Of a DNA stretch of 64,000 nucleotides, positions 39,401 through 54,400 are shown in pieces. This DNA comes from Rhina ancylostomus (taxonomy: Eukaryota): contig JARFYF010000050.1 in the NCBI GenBank assembly GCA_030265395.1, forward strand, positions 14,525,920-14,589,919, read 5' to 3'. Under the pieces are notes generated by a model. That model was not told where the DNA came from, ran no database searches, and saw only the letters and a list, made by a program, of their open reading frames with translations. Every line of letters begins with the position of its first letter. The first letter of the stretch is position 1. The translations under genes and the position numbers were made by a program.

Positions 39401-42400
39401 AAGTGACAAAGAAAATATCAGGAGAAGTGACCCAATGCACAGGTAAGCTCTGATCTCAAAGGAAATATGAACATCTGTTTATCAGATGGTTGCTTGGCAA
39501 CTTTCTAACTACACTGTTGGACTGCTGACACTAAATCATCAAAGTTTGAAATCTCAGCTTCAAATGAACACAGATCAGGCAGAGTCACTGAATAGGTTCA
39601 CTGTATTCTCAGTCTGTTAGCTACACTGATCTATCTTTAACCACCTTCCTTTGCTCAGAGCTGCTTTTTAACTTTTGATGATATGATTATGATTAAACAT
39701 TGCAAAATCATTGGACAGGCAAAAGGAAAAGTAGACACAAAGTCAACATTTAATCCCATTGCTTAGTAATGACCTTTATTCATATTAGAATTGAGGTGTA
39801 CCCTCACTTTACAATTTCATTAGCTATCATGTTGAAGAAGCCGGGTAGTATTAACTCATTTCTGCCTTGCTGATAGCAGTGGCCGGTCACAATCCCTGAA
39901 ATAGGTTTGATTTTATCATAGAGTCATACAGCACAGAAACAAGCCATTCAGTCCACTATGTCCGTACTAACCATTGCACGCATTTATACTTGTCTCATTT
40001 GCCCTCATTTAGTCCATAGCCGCCTTTGTCTTGGTGATTCAAGTGTCTGTCTAGATGCTTCATAAATGTTGTAAGAGTACCTGCCTCCACTACCCCCTCA
40101 GGCAGTGTGCTCCAGATTCCAACCATTCTCTGTGTGAAAAACCTCTCCATCAGATCCCCTCTAAATTTCCTACCTGTCATCTTATATCTATGCCCTCTTG
40201 TTTTAGACACCCCCACCAACACTAAAAGACTCTTCCCTATCTATTCCCCCTCATAATTTTGTATACAAAATATATTCCTTTGCATTCAATTGTAAAGCAA
40301 TTATCTATGTTACGCATCACATAATGTTAAGTCTCTGATCTCTGAAATGTAACTTCAATTATACCAGGCCCCAGGAGGAGTCTCCGACTTGGAGCGGATA
40401 CATGGGGAAGATGTTTATGGCAGCCACCAACTACCTCCCTGCCCAGGTATCGGACATCATGAACCAGGATCGAGCATTTGCCACAGTGCGTCTCAACTTC
40501 TCTGGACAAAGGAGCATCTGCATGCTTACTATGTGAGTAGGTGTGACTGGTGCATAACTACATTCAGTGGGTTGCTACCTGCTAAACTGCCAGCTCTTGC
40601 AGTTGCAACTTATTAACATTATATGCCCGAGGTATTTACTACAAGTGGTTTCATCAGTCCTGGGGACAAGTGTTTAACAGAATCATTTCATTTTACATTC
40701 TTACAGCCACATAAAAACTATGGACATTTTTCTGTCATTCTTTGGGTGAAAAGATATTTATTAAACTTCCCTCTAATCCTACCACCTTAAAATTTAAGGT
40801 AAATCCTTACCTTAAAATTTATTGATCTGTCTGCTAAGAACCNNNNNNCCAGTTCATCTTGTCTGGGCCTTTCATAGCTTTTGCATCTCAGTTAACTTGC
40901 CCAACACCTCTGGCCCAATGAGAGCAGCAGAGGTTCCTTGAGGAAGTTTCCATTCGTGTATTTTGTTCCCATAACATTTTTTATGCACAAACTTCCAACA
41001 GTTTTATGATGAGGAATTAGAATGCTTGGAGCATTTACTTACTTGTTTTTTTTTATTTAAAAAATCTCCATGCAAGTAAGTGCCACGTTAGTCAATCTGG
41101 AACATCACTTGGACGTGGGACGCACTAAATAATTTCAGCTTTCCTTCTTTCCACTCATCTGGATTTTTCTTCTGTGGTCAGTGATCATGTTCTTTAGGAA
41201 GCATTTAGAAGTAGAGCATGGAGCAAACCCACTTAGGTTGTTTATCAGATCATGGTAGTCACTTTATACCGAAGTATATTTATTGTTTTGATGATTTATG
41301 AATGTAATGCTTTGCTCAACAGAATTCAGAAGTTACCTCGACTGCTTGTTGCTGCCTCAGATGGTTTCCTCTACATTTATAACTTGGACCCTCATGATGG
41401 TGGAGAGTGTGTTCTCATAAAGAGGCACAGGTGAGGTTTTGTTCCACATTTACGGATTGAATTTTAGAAGCCTGTAGACAGTTAGTTTGACTGTTAAGTG
41501 CCTGAAGAAACTAACAACAGCCTGCAATCCACTTCCAGTCTGCTTCTGTGGAAAAGTCCCTAAAGAGGCATCTGGCCCCTAATTTTGCACCAGGAGCCAG
41601 TGCCAGTGTCAGGCACTCACTGCAGATCCCAATGGTGAAGGTCTCCTTACCTCACCTGCCTGGCAACAGTTACATTGGTACAGCATGGTCAAATTTCCTG
41701 GCCCATGTATCTTGCTGATAATTTATGTGTCAATCAACTCTGGAAGTGCTTGGTGGCTTTATGGAACATATATCAGCCATGGTCTGATTCATAGTCATCA
41801 ACTACAAAAGAAGGCCATTCATCTCATAATGAATGTGATGACTCTTTCATTCTCTTTTCTTAAAGCTTTCCTTTTCAAGCATATATCCAATTCCTTCTTG
41901 AAAGTTTCTATTCACTATTTTCCTTCATAATTTAGACTGTTCATTTCTTATTATAAGAAGCTGCTGCTTAATAAAAAAACTTCCTCATTCCTCTTTAAAT
42001 GACTCCTTGAGTTACCATTCCTGTTGTGAATGGAAAGTTTCTTCTTATTTGCTTTTTAAAATTATTCCATTTGTTAAAGCTTTTATATGAGGTCAGCTTC
42101 TCTAGTTGTGCTACATGGGGCCTTCATTCCTGGTACTATTCCACCCAGTAGGTCCCCTCTGTACTGATAACGTAGGCTAAAAGTAGCTCTTGATCTTGCA
42201 ACTTAGTGTCGAGGATAAGTTTTGATATTCCTTCCTTGCTTTTTTACTCTCTGCCTATTATAAAGCTCAGAATTCTACCTGCTTTTGAGTAGCCTGGCAC
42301 TTGCAAATTGATAAAATAGGCTTAAGGGACTGTATAGCCTATTTCTCTTCTTNNNNNNNNNNNNNNNNCCTTAGCACTCTCAACTCCTCCTTATCTTGTC

Positions 42401-45400
42401 CCCTTCCTGTCAGCTAATGCTTAGAATCTATAGAGAGGTTGTGCGAGTAAGCACTAGTGGTAGAGAGAATAAAACTGGGTCTTTCAACTTAGCAAGCCAC
42501 TTATGATAATATCAACTTTCATTCAGGAATTTCCTTCCTCGATTAATTAGTACTTTGCAAATTGCATAAGAAAATATAATTTGCCTGTGTATATCTTGCT
42601 CTTTCCCCATCTCCCTAATTTGGTTCCAGTTAATTTGTAGTCTTTATTTTGTTGATTGTGAATTGGACTGTTGTCTTGATGGAAGAATTGGACTTTACAT
42701 GGCTCCTCGTATCCTCGATAAAAATCTCCCTACTTTATGACATCGCAATAACTTTTAAGTCATATAGGGATTACCCTGCACAGGAGTTTTCTCCTTCCCC
42801 ACTCACCATGTACAAGCCCAGTCCCAGCTGTGTCCAGCTGAGCATCGAAAGTAGGGACTGTACAGGATGAATGGTCTTCAAGATAAGTTGCAATTGCTTG
42901 ACATTAACCTTGTTGTGAGTAGATTAATTGGCCACCGTGACTTACCCCTGATATAGGTTAGTACTTGAATAAAGTTAGATACCTCTGATGTAGATGGGTA
43001 CTCGCAAATAAAGTTAGAGTTCATAGCGAGAGAAAATAGGTTAAAGAGAAGTAAGTGTGGGGAATGGGATTGATGAGTTTGCTCTGAGAGCCATCACAAA
43101 TTTCTGTGTTATGGAAATATGAAATAGTGTAATCAAAGTTGTTACATCACTCAATTGGAGGAAGAACAAGTATAAAATATGGCAAATATTTATTGGGAAC
43201 TTTTAAGTTTTCATAATTTACTGGATATTTTTCACTGATCTAATGTGAAGAACCAAGCAAAAGAGCCTAATATGTACTGCACACTTATACTGTCTGTCAA
43301 CCTTAAGGGGACTGTGTTCTATTTAATTGCATCTAATTGTAAATACTATCAAGGGAGACATCTGTAAGTATGCATTCTAATTTCTCTAAGCTGCCACTTT
43401 CAAAATAATGACTGACTATTGGGACAGGCATATTGTTTACTTGTGATATTGTTAGAACAGTGCTCATAGATATAGTCAAATACCACATGAAGGGGAACAT
43501 AATGTCTTTGCTCAATTTTTCACTGCAGTAGAGCTTAATGCACAAAATGACTGTTTCCCAGTCAATCTCTAATCAGTACCTTTAAGTACAACAGTTGGCA
43601 GATCTCTGTTGTATTCTACCCTGGAGCATATGCTTCTTCAAATCTATCTCTTGGAGTTATTTTTCCTAGGCAGGCTGCAACCAAGTCTAAAGAGTCCATT
43701 TGCCATCTAACCTTTACCTTGTAGCAATAAGTATCCCACTAGTCCTCAGATGATATTCCAAGCCAGTTCATGACTAACCCTGGATTTCTGGAACAAGTCT
43801 AGGACCCAACCCTCCTTGCTTCGGATTGGAATACAGCCATAAGCCCGTATTGTTGATTATTTGTTAACATGAAAACCCCAGTGAATGGGGTTAAAGCAAA
43901 GCTTGAGCTATTCGTTGTGGGGCTCAGGTGGCTCACTTCTGACTCAGAGGCACAGTGGTGCAGCAGTTAGTGCTGCTGCCTTGGCTCCAGGGATATGGGT
44001 TTGATTCTGACTTTGGGTGCCATGGTGTTTGCACGTTCTCCCTGTGACAGCATTGGTTTCCGCTGAGTGCTTCTGTTTCCTCCCACATCGCAAGGTGTGC
44101 TGGTTGGTTAATTGACTGCTCCTGAGTGTGGGTAAGTGGCCAAAGGGGGGTTGATGAGTATGGTGAGGGAAATATGTTGCAGAGCGAAGGAGAAATAAGG
44201 GGAATGGGACTGATGGGATTGTTCTTTAGGAAGCCAGAATGAACCTGATGGGCTGAACTAAATAGAACACAGTCTCCCTTAAAGTTGACAGGCAGGGTAA
44301 ACTTGCAGTACATTAGGCTCTTTTGCTTAGTTCTTCACATAAGGCTACTGAAAACTATCCAGTAAATCATGGAAACAATTGTTCCTGATAAATATTTTCC
44401 ATATTTATATTTGTTCTATAATAGACATAGAGTAATACAGCACAAATACAGGCCTTTCGGCCCAACGAGTCCATGCCGACCACGTTGTCCACCTAGCTAG
44501 TACCAATTCCTGCGTTCAGCCCCTCCCCACCATGTACCTATCCAAGTGTTTCTTAAATTGTACTATTATATCTGCCTCAACCACTTCTTCTGGCAGTTCA
44601 TTCCATATACACACCACCCTCCTCGTTTTTAAAAAAAAGTTGCCCCTCAGATCCCTTTTAAATCTTTCCCCTCTCACCTTAAGTCTATGCCCTCTAGTTT
44701 TAGACTCCCCTACCCTGGGGAAGAGACTGTTACTGTCCACCTTATCTATGCCTCTCATAATTTTAAAACTTCTGTAAGGTCAGCCTTCATTCTCCTACAT
44801 GCCAAGAAATAAAGACCAACCTCTCCCTATAACGCAGGCCCTCTAGTCCTGGCAACATCCTTGTAAGTCTTTTCTGCACTCTTTCCAGTTTACCCACGTC
44901 TTTCCAGTGTTGTAATAAGTGAGTTAGTAAGAATGCTCACTGCAGAAAACCAACAGCAATTTATAAATCCTCTCCGGCAAGGATGCTCTTGGACACCAGA
45001 AGTACACAGAGTTGTCAGATTGAGAACCCAATCCTCCCACATTGCTGAATTGACATCTATTCTGCCAGATTGACTGCTAATCCCCTATGTTCGACTCGCA
45101 CTTTAAACCAAGTTGCAGTGTTTCGCTGCAAGAACAGACCTGGTGGCAGCATGTCCCACACCAAATGACACATTGCCTCCTTCATTTCTGCCTTGCTGCT
45201 TAGTTGTTGCCATCTGGTTGATAGGAGTTCTTAGTTTTCTGAGAGATGAAGGACGCAAGTTAACGTCATGTTGAGGGAGGGTCAAGTGAGGTGGATGCTT
45301 ACACCATCGGCAGCTTACAAATGGGAAGAGATTATTGGTTGAGGGGAAAGTGGAGGGTAAGAAAGAGGAATGGTTATGAGAAATTTCTCACCTTCAATGG

Positions 45401-48400
45401 TTTGTGTGCTGCCAGAGGCTATGGAATTAGTGGTGAATAATTCAGTAATGGCCAGCACTTATCTCCAGTGGTTAGCAATAGCTTCAGCCCCCATGTTCTG
45501 AGTGGGTTGTTGGTTCTGCTGCTGCTGGTTATGCTTCATCTCAGAAGCTGAATAACTGGCGGTCCATACAAGCTGAGAAATACACATGGGGGTCTTGGAA
45601 CTGTGGCATGGAATGTTCAAGGGCATGCGGATGTTAAATTAGAACCCTGATTGATAGAGATTGTTGGTAGTTGAGTGAGGTCCTTGACCTGTTCTAGATC
45701 AATTCCAGAAATCTGTTTCCTATGCAGCACTAACATACATCAGCACCATAAAAATATAACATTTACTGTGAGAATGCTCAGTATGTCAACATGTTTTTGT
45801 ATTGGTGCCTTTTTGTTCTGGTTTAGGCTACACAATGAAGATGACAGCTGTAGCACTGATAAATCTGACCCGGCGCCTTCCACCTCTCCAACATATGCAG
45901 CAACTGTTGCCAAAACCAGCTCAGTGCCTTCAGCATCAACAGCATCAGGTATCGACTTAATTTTACCCATTTATATTGCTGCTTAGTGAGTGACCAGATT
46001 ATAATGCCCTATGTGCCAAGTGGAAAAGTAGGCAGGGAGTTTTATGAGCTGTATAAAGGGAGCTGTTTAGGCTGCACAGTGGTACCCAGATATCTCTACA
46101 GCTGTGTAACGCAGTGGACAGAGAATTATCTGGACTTTACATAATACAAGAGAATTCCAAATGCTATGTGGGTACGACATAGACGTGGCTAAAGGGAAAA
46201 AAATACCCTGCAGATGCTGGATATTTGAACAAAAAACAGAACATACTGGAAATGCTCATTCAGCCAAGCAGCATCTGTAGAGAAAGAACAGGCCACTGGG
46301 AACCTAGAGTCACATTTCAGTTTGATTGGAGGTACCTCCATTTTCCTTAAAGATATCTTCCTTTTTCCTTAACCATCATTTCCCTTCCACACAGTTGACA
46401 AGGCTCTCATCCACATCTGCTCCACCCACATCTGCGCTCTCCCCTATCTGTCCACCCAGCTTAAGGAACGGGTCCCCCGCCCTCACTTCCATCCCAACAG
46501 CCTTTACATTTCTTGGATTACCCTCCATAATTTCTGCCATCTTCAATCTCATGCCACCACAGACACATCCTCGCCTCCCATTTCGTTGTTCATGTGGCAT
46601 CTTTGTTCACTCGTCTATCCCCACTAACATCCATTCCCTGCTCATGGCACCTTCTGACGCACCCTCGTGAGATACAGCATGTGGCCCTTTTATCACTTTT
46701 CACCCAGGGACTCATTAACTCCTTCCAGGTGAAGCAGCTAGTGACTTGCACTTCCAATGTAGTGACTGCATTTGGTGTGCACGATGTGGATTCCTCCTCA
46801 TTGGAGAAATCAAACACAAATCAGGTGATCACTTTACAGAACATCTCCATTCAGTTCATCGGGTTACCCTTGTCATTTAAAATCTCCATCTCACTCCCAC
46901 TTTTCCCATTCTGTCTTTTTCACCCCTTATACTGTTACAATGAAGCAAAGTATAACCTCAGAGAACAGCAACTTATCTTCTGACTCAGCATGTTACAGCC
47001 TTCAGGATTCAACATTGGATTCAATGATTTCAGTTAATCAGACTTTTGAGTTCGTATCAGAACTCGTCAGTAATGCTGAAATGTCATCAGGCTGTAATAT
47101 TAACCGTTTTTTTTGTTACCACAGGTGCTGCCCTAATATCTCCAGAATTCTCTTCTATGTCAGGTTTTTAGAAACTGCTGTATTTAGCTGTTTCGTATCT
47201 TATGGTTCTGGAAGTGGTTTGCTTTACCTTCTCTTTTCTCATTTATCTTCTGTTTCCACTTCCATCAGACAGGCTGCAGTTAACAAGGCTTCACCACCCT
47301 CGCAACCATTGTAATGACCACTTGTGACATCTAGTGTATCGTGTTCTCCACTCTGTCCTCTCCATCCTTCTCAGCAACTTAAAACATGTTTACTTTCTAA
47401 CTTTTCCTATTACTGATGAATGGTCATTGACCTGAACATTAATTCTATCTGTCTCTCCACGGATGCTGCCTGATCTGTTAAGTATTTCCAGCATTTACTG
47501 TTTTTATTAGTAAATGAACTCTCTGGCATGTACAGTGCAATACAAACGGGAGCTTATTTCATTACTAAGAGAAAACTAGCAGGTTTAAACAATCGGGTAT
47601 GAGTGTTCTGTTGTACATTATTGGAAATTAGGAGTCAAGAAATATGTAGTCTCAATAAAAAGAAAATGTTTGTGCTAATCTACACATTGTTCTTCAGTTT
47701 TATGTCATGGGGAGTTGGATTGTGTTGTGTCAGGCTTTGATTTAAATGAATATACATATCACCTGACCCACAATGATATCCTTTCCTCCAGGATACTCTG
47801 AAGAAGGTGGTGCTACACGTGGCGAGATCATTCCTGAGCATGAGTTTGCTGCTGGACCATTGCATCTGGATGATGAGACTGAGTTCCCTCCTGTGAGCAT
47901 ACAGAATAACTAAAGCCTGAGCCAACACTTTGTCACTCACCAGGGCAAGTGTTAATCTGAAACTGAGAAGAGAGTACTCCAGTAGCAAACACACCTTGAT
48001 CTGACACTGAAACTGACCTGTCTTTAGGATTAACACTTTAAGGAATGCAAAATTTCTCTGAGACGGGATCCAAAGTGACACAAGTTTCAAGTAGTCTCTT
48101 GCTTAAATTGATATGCTTTCCTCATTAATATTTTTTAGTATGTAGCATAATCATAGTGTGGGATAAAGAAAACAAAACCTTTTCCCTGTAAACTGCTGGT
48201 GCACCTGACAATCAGAAGGATGAAATCTCAGTACTGAGAAGTACTGGTAGTCTTTGGATTTGCAGTATGTTTCCAAGCAATGCAGGATGTGCACAGAATA
48301 GTGAATGCTGTTGCCAAAACCACCAAGATAGGTGTCTATGAACAGGTTGGAATTCTTGTGATTGGATTTCAGTTTGCAGCATCCATGCCCAGCAGAATAC

Positions 48401-51400
48401 TGGAAGTGAGGGAAGATCAGCCAGTAGTCATCACCAGCACCACACCTCATCTCACACCTGCAATACACCCAGCATATTTAGTAAGAAAGGGGAAAGATAA
48501 ACATTTTCTAAAGTTCAACTGGACAATTAGAAACATAGAAAACCTACAGCACAATACAGGCCCTTCGGCCCACAAAGCTGTGCCAAATGTGTCCCTGCCT
48601 AGAAATTAATAGCCCTCTATTAGCCCTCTATTTTTCTCAGTTCCATGTACCTATCCAAAAGTCTCTTAAAAGACACTATTGCATCCACCTCCACCACTGT
48701 TGCCGACAGCCCAATCCATGCACTCACCACTCTCTGATTAAAAAAACTTACCCCTGACATCTCCTCTATACCTACTCCCCAGCACCTGAAACCTATGTCT
48801 TCTTGTGGCAACCATTTCAGCCCTGGGAAAAAGCCTCCGACTATCCACATGATCAATGCCTCTCATCATCTTGTAGACCTCTATCAGGTCCCCCCTCATC
48901 CTCCGTCGCTCCAAGGAGAAAAGGCCGAGTTCCCTCAACCTGTTTTCATAGGGCATGCTCCCCAATCCTGGCAGCATCCTTGGAAATCTCCTCTGTGCCC
49001 TTGGTATGGCTTCCACCTCCTTCCTGTAGTGAGGTGACCAGAACTGAGCACAGTACTCTAAGTAGGATCTGACCAGGGTCCTATATAGTTGCAACATTAC
49101 CTCTTGGCTCCTAAGTTCAATTCCACGATTGATGAAGGACAATCCACCATATGCCTTCTTAAATTGTTTTAAATATTAGAAGGAAAAGGTTAATTCAAAT
49201 GGTCCAAGACATATTGCACTAACTTTGTGTAAAACTGTTTATCACATCTCCAAATATTCAGGCAGCTCTTTCAGTAATTGCTGGGGTATTTTAATGAAGG
49301 AGGAACACTTGCTTGTAAGTATTTTGGGCATAAACTCAGGTTATATAACTAAAAAAATTTGAAAATTGATAGTTTCATTGACATAGTCCTGCTGGGAAAT
49401 AGGTTAAAACATTAGAGGTAAAAATATAATTGAAAAGTGGGAACTTCATGCAAAGTGCTTAAAGTACTGAGTTTTCAGTCCAAGCGCTCCATGCATTGCA
49501 GGCATGGACACCACATTGTAATCTTCATTCATTTATGCACAGCTCACAGTAACAAAGGCCTGTTCATTCAGAAGAGGGTTCACAGCTTAAAGGGGTGGGT
49601 CAAGGCAGATGGTGGGAGCTCGCCTCAGTTGCATCACCTTTAAGAGGGTCCTTACCCATTTATCCATTAAATCTCTTGACTCTACCCTTGCCTCAGCGTA
49701 ACACCCACCCCACCCTTCTCCAAGTTCACAACACCTCCATTCCCACTTACCCCTCCCTCCCTCTCCCATTCACCGATCTGCTGGGGTGATTCAACACCCA
49801 ACTGACCACCCAACCACTGACTCCACTCCCTCAACCTCCAACACAAACACCTCCAACCAGCCAACTAACAAACCCCTCCTAACTGCTGACCAGAATCTCT
49901 GATAACTGACCAACACTCCCAATGCCTCCAACTGTCAACCTCATACTCAGACTCCTCAACCAGATATCAGTCCTTCTTACTAGCGCCTAGCCACTCACTG
50001 ATATCCTGACTATCAGTCCTCCCCAGCCGACCATCACAGATACTACCCCCTGACCATCAGGCCATGCCTTGACCAGTTACCCTACGTATTGACTTCTAAT
50101 TCAACCAACCCTCCAACAGTCAACCCTCTTACCTTTCTTCACAACTTTCCCAGTGGAGTGAGCAAAGGAAAGACCTTGAGAGTGTAAGGCCTGTTCAGGA
50201 GTGCGCACCTTGCCCACTACTGGAATTTTCCAGTGACAGGCTCTTGAACAAGTGGTTTGTTGACCTGTCACATACAAGTCAAGTTTATTGTCATGTGCAC
50301 AAATACAGTGAGGTACAGCTATGATGAAAAACTTGGTTGCAAACTGCCTGGTTTTCATGTCTTTACAGACACCGACCAATTTCTAGACATGCCATTCTCC
50401 CAGCTGACGTGTCCTGCTCATGGCTGCTCTGTAATTGGCTATTAAAACTGATGACTTTCCCCATTGGGTTCTCATTGCACTTTACCTCCTCTGGAGGTGT
50501 GATGTGACCAGCGGCACTAAAAGTGTAACGTTTCTGTTGTCCAACCCTATTGCAGTACTGACTACCAACAGTCCCAGATTATTCATGCAATACATGTAAT
50601 TTTTGGGTTCAAAAATAATTGACAAGATTTTCCTCCCTGAATTAGATTTTAATTTCCAAAATTAGAGAAAGGACATAGGCCCCACATTTAAAGATGGAAC
50701 TTCAACCTAGAAAATTTGTTAAAGACTTCTTCTAAAGACTTTCCATGCTCCTATAGGGCCTCTTATATTGACAGAGGCAGTTTTCAGTTACAATGACATT
50801 GTTTTGCCATTTATCCGTAGCTGTGTAAAACTGCTCACAGTGCAAATATGCCAATGATCACGTAATGCTGGACCTTGTGGTATCTATTTTCTCAATCAAT
50901 TAATTAAATTGCATGCTGCTTGTGTTCTACATTTTTCGTTCTTCTGTCACATAATTTCTTGAAGAGATTTAGAGCTTCTATCCGCATCACATGCACTTTT
51001 GTGTTTCGATAGCTCGTTGACCATTAATTCAGTTGCACATAGGCTTTTCAGAGAAAGTAATAAAAACACAGAACAGTCTCTGATGGTGATGTAGTCAGGA
51101 AATAAGCTAAAACTTTTTAATGTTTAATGATCGTCCTTTACTGGCTATTCTGCCTATGCCATCAATTTATAGTTGAATATCAGCACTTTTTAATAGCTTT
51201 GTGAAAGCAGTCTATGTTTTGATGCCCACAGCCATAGACAAGAATCAGCAGCTGACAAAGTCAGATTTGCAGTCTCTTGGTTGCTCTGGCTGGCGCACTG
51301 CCAGGTTTCGGAATGAGGGTGGTCCCATTGTACTCAGTGGCCCCAAGGTAGCTACAGATTAGAAATGTTTTTCAGCTTTTTTTTTTGCCAACAGTAAGGT

Positions 51401-54400
51401 TGATTTCTTTTCAGTGTTTCTTAAGGCAATTTTTCTTTATTTCAATCTAAGTCTTCAAGGACTGTTCAGCCTTGTTTAGATTTGTCATTGAATATCGGTT
51501 ACTGTATGCTGGATGGCCTCTGTAATGCAATATAGAGATCTAACTGTAGATGGGTGCAGCGGATGTGTGGGGGTGGAACCTTCCATTTAGCTTGTGGAGT
51601 GACAGGTGGATGATCCAATAGCAGGTTTGAGTATATGATGTTTTGTGAGTATTAGACTATTTATGCTTCCATTTGGAGTCAATGAATGAAACACAATGCT
51701 TCCTGTTTCACCCTAAATCTAATAATACCCTTAAATTAATACTGAATCATTTCAACTTTGTCCAGCTGCATGCAAATATTGATTTAGCTGGGATCCCTTT
51801 GAACATGATCCTCTTTGTGGTTTGTAATATGACACCATACAAATTGTCAAAACCATTTAGCCTCTATTTGTAGTGACGTTTTTTATGGAATAGAGTGATA
51901 GAGGGGAAGAGCTGTATCATAACAGGAACATTGGGATTAATTGGGAAAAGAAGACTTCTCTTGGTAAACCATTCTCTTCTGCTTCTGTAGTTTTATAACG
52001 CCTTGAGTGAAAAAACTCTTGCTGGCTTCTCTTTTTACTGATTTCTTAACCTTTAATTTGAATCCCTGCTTGTTTGTACCTTCATTGTAGTAAACAAATA
52101 TTTTAATGTTCTATGCAATAAACTTTTTATTGATAACTTTGATGTTCAGTAGATTGTTCACCAGTATCATATCCTTGGCTTCTTCACTGTTGCGAAGTAT
52201 TTACAGAGCACTGCAGATGTAAGATATTTAAAATACAACATAAACTATTCAGGGGAGTGAAGGGGTATTGCTGCTGTATGACACACAGCCAAATGCTATT
52301 GGCCGAGCAGAGGCTTGAAGAAATGGCAACAGCTACTATTGAAGCTTTGGGATATTTGTCACAAATGTATCAAAGAATATCTTTATGATCATTATGGAAG
52401 CTCGGTGATGTATGATCAGTGCTTGAGAAGAAGAGAGAGGAGCAAACCCTTCAGGAATCATTTCCTTGTGGAGAATTCTTATAACCTCAATTAATAAAAA
52501 AATTGTTTAGATTTATCTAGCCAATATCATGCTTCATTCGCAAAGTATTCTTTATTTTTAAAATAACAAAGAAATGCACAAGGGTGCAGTAAGGGTGTTT
52601 ATAAAATATAAATTCCGTGGTCTTAACACATACAAAGTTTCTGTTAAAATACTTCTGCTCATCTGTAAATCTCCTTATAACCTACCTATCTCTGCAACTT
52701 CCTCTGTGCCCAGCTCAACAATCTGCTTCAGAAACAGTAAATAAGAAGGGGCCAATAGTGGCACAGCTGGTCGAACTCCTTTGTCACAGTTCCAGTGACT
52801 TGGGTTCAAACCTACCCTCCTGTGTTGCCAGAAGGATTTTGAACATTCTCCCTGTGACTCTGTGGGTTCCCTCTCGGTGTTCCATCTTCCTTCCCACCCA
52901 AAGACGTACAGGCCAATATGCTAAATGGCCACTGTAAATTGTCCTATGTGTGTTGGTGAGTGGAATTCAGCGGGGCAATATGGGGGGTGGGGGGGTGGGG
53001 ANNNNNNNNNNNNNNNNNNNNNNNNNNNNNNNNNNNNNNTAGTATAATTGGGTCAGTGTGGACTGACTATGCTGAAGGGGCTTTCTCTATGATTATCTGA
53101 TTTATGAGCTAGTTCCCTCCCCCCCACTGGGGTGGGGAGAGGTTTGTAGATTTTACATAATTCAAGGGAAAATTAGGTAAGATGTTTGGTACAGCTTTGT
53201 GGGCCGAAGGGCCTGAATTGTGCCATAGTTTTTCTATGTTTCTGTGTTTTCACCCATAAAGTGGTATAGAACTCACTGAAAGGGAAGAAGTGGCAGGTAT
53301 CTTCATCACATTTTAAAAATGAATTGGAAATGTACTTAGAGCCATGACCTGCAGGGCTGGGACATGTGGTAAAGTTGTTAAGCCCTTCCAGGGCCAACAC
53401 AGTAGGCCCTCTGTGTAATAAATGTTCTGTAGTTTCTAAATCTTGTAGTTGTCATGCCCCTAAACTGTGAATCTCTTCAGAAATCTATCTATTCTTACTT
53501 AAGGCGCCTCCTAAAAATCCATATCTTCAATCATCATGTTCAAGGTTATTGTTGTCATAGGGTCATACATACACAGGGTATAAATAAATGCCATGAAAGT
53601 TAGCTTTTTGGAGCAGCAGTACAGTGCATTAAAATCACAATACCTTACATTATGCCCGTGGTCTAACTTTTTCCTAACTGCTACTCCATGTCCCATCCTT
53701 GCTGTGAAGAAATATTGGATGTTATTCTACACTGGAGGTTTTATTGTGATTGTCCCTTATTGGACAAGCCTACACCCACTATTCTTGTCCTGTACCTAAT
53801 CCCACTTTCCTCTGTGTTTGTTTTCTTGAAAGAAAAACCTTCCCCAAATCACTTAAAAATAACTGTATTTTCTAATCCCCAACTGTTTCGACTTTGGCTC
53901 TTCATTTGTCATAATACTTCGGCACTTCTGACTTGCTTAGCACAAACTTAACGACCATCTTTTATTTCCTTTACTTCCTTCCATCCTAATCTACTCTCAA
54001 CCCCAATGGATACAGTGTGGAATGTAACATCCATCATCATATCTTGCTCTGTTTCATTTAGCACAATCATGCCTTTGCTGTGATACCAAATCCATCCATA
54101 AATCCGTGGTCACCCTGGAGTGCAAAACTAACTACTGGCTATTTTTCTCCTCTACAACCCATCTCCTTAAACATTTCTTCATAATCCCTTCCACTTATTC
54201 CACAAATTGGAGGAGCTCTTGGATTATACTCTTGCCTTGCACTTCATCATTTACCTTGTCTGGGACTATTTCCTTGGATCTCTGGTGGTGACCTAGACTC
54301 CCACAAGTTTGACACCCATTCACCAGCACCGTGGAGGTTACCTTGGCCTTCTGGCAGGAGTCAGAATCTCCTCATGAGATGTGCTAATAGGGCCAGGAAT

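Noticed and set aside
40784-40822. Short near-palindrome with a direct repeat (accttaaaattta twice)
   Set aside because: AT-rich and short; consistent with a small slippage event with no evident function.
48280-48609. 109 aa ORF just after exon 12
   Set aside because: No recognisable family, and it runs into an antisense CR1 tail; chance ORF in intron or UTR.
49690-50130. Possible CRISPR-like or regularly spaced array
   Set aside because: No constant repeat with unique spacers; degenerate low-complexity sequence in a vertebrate intron.
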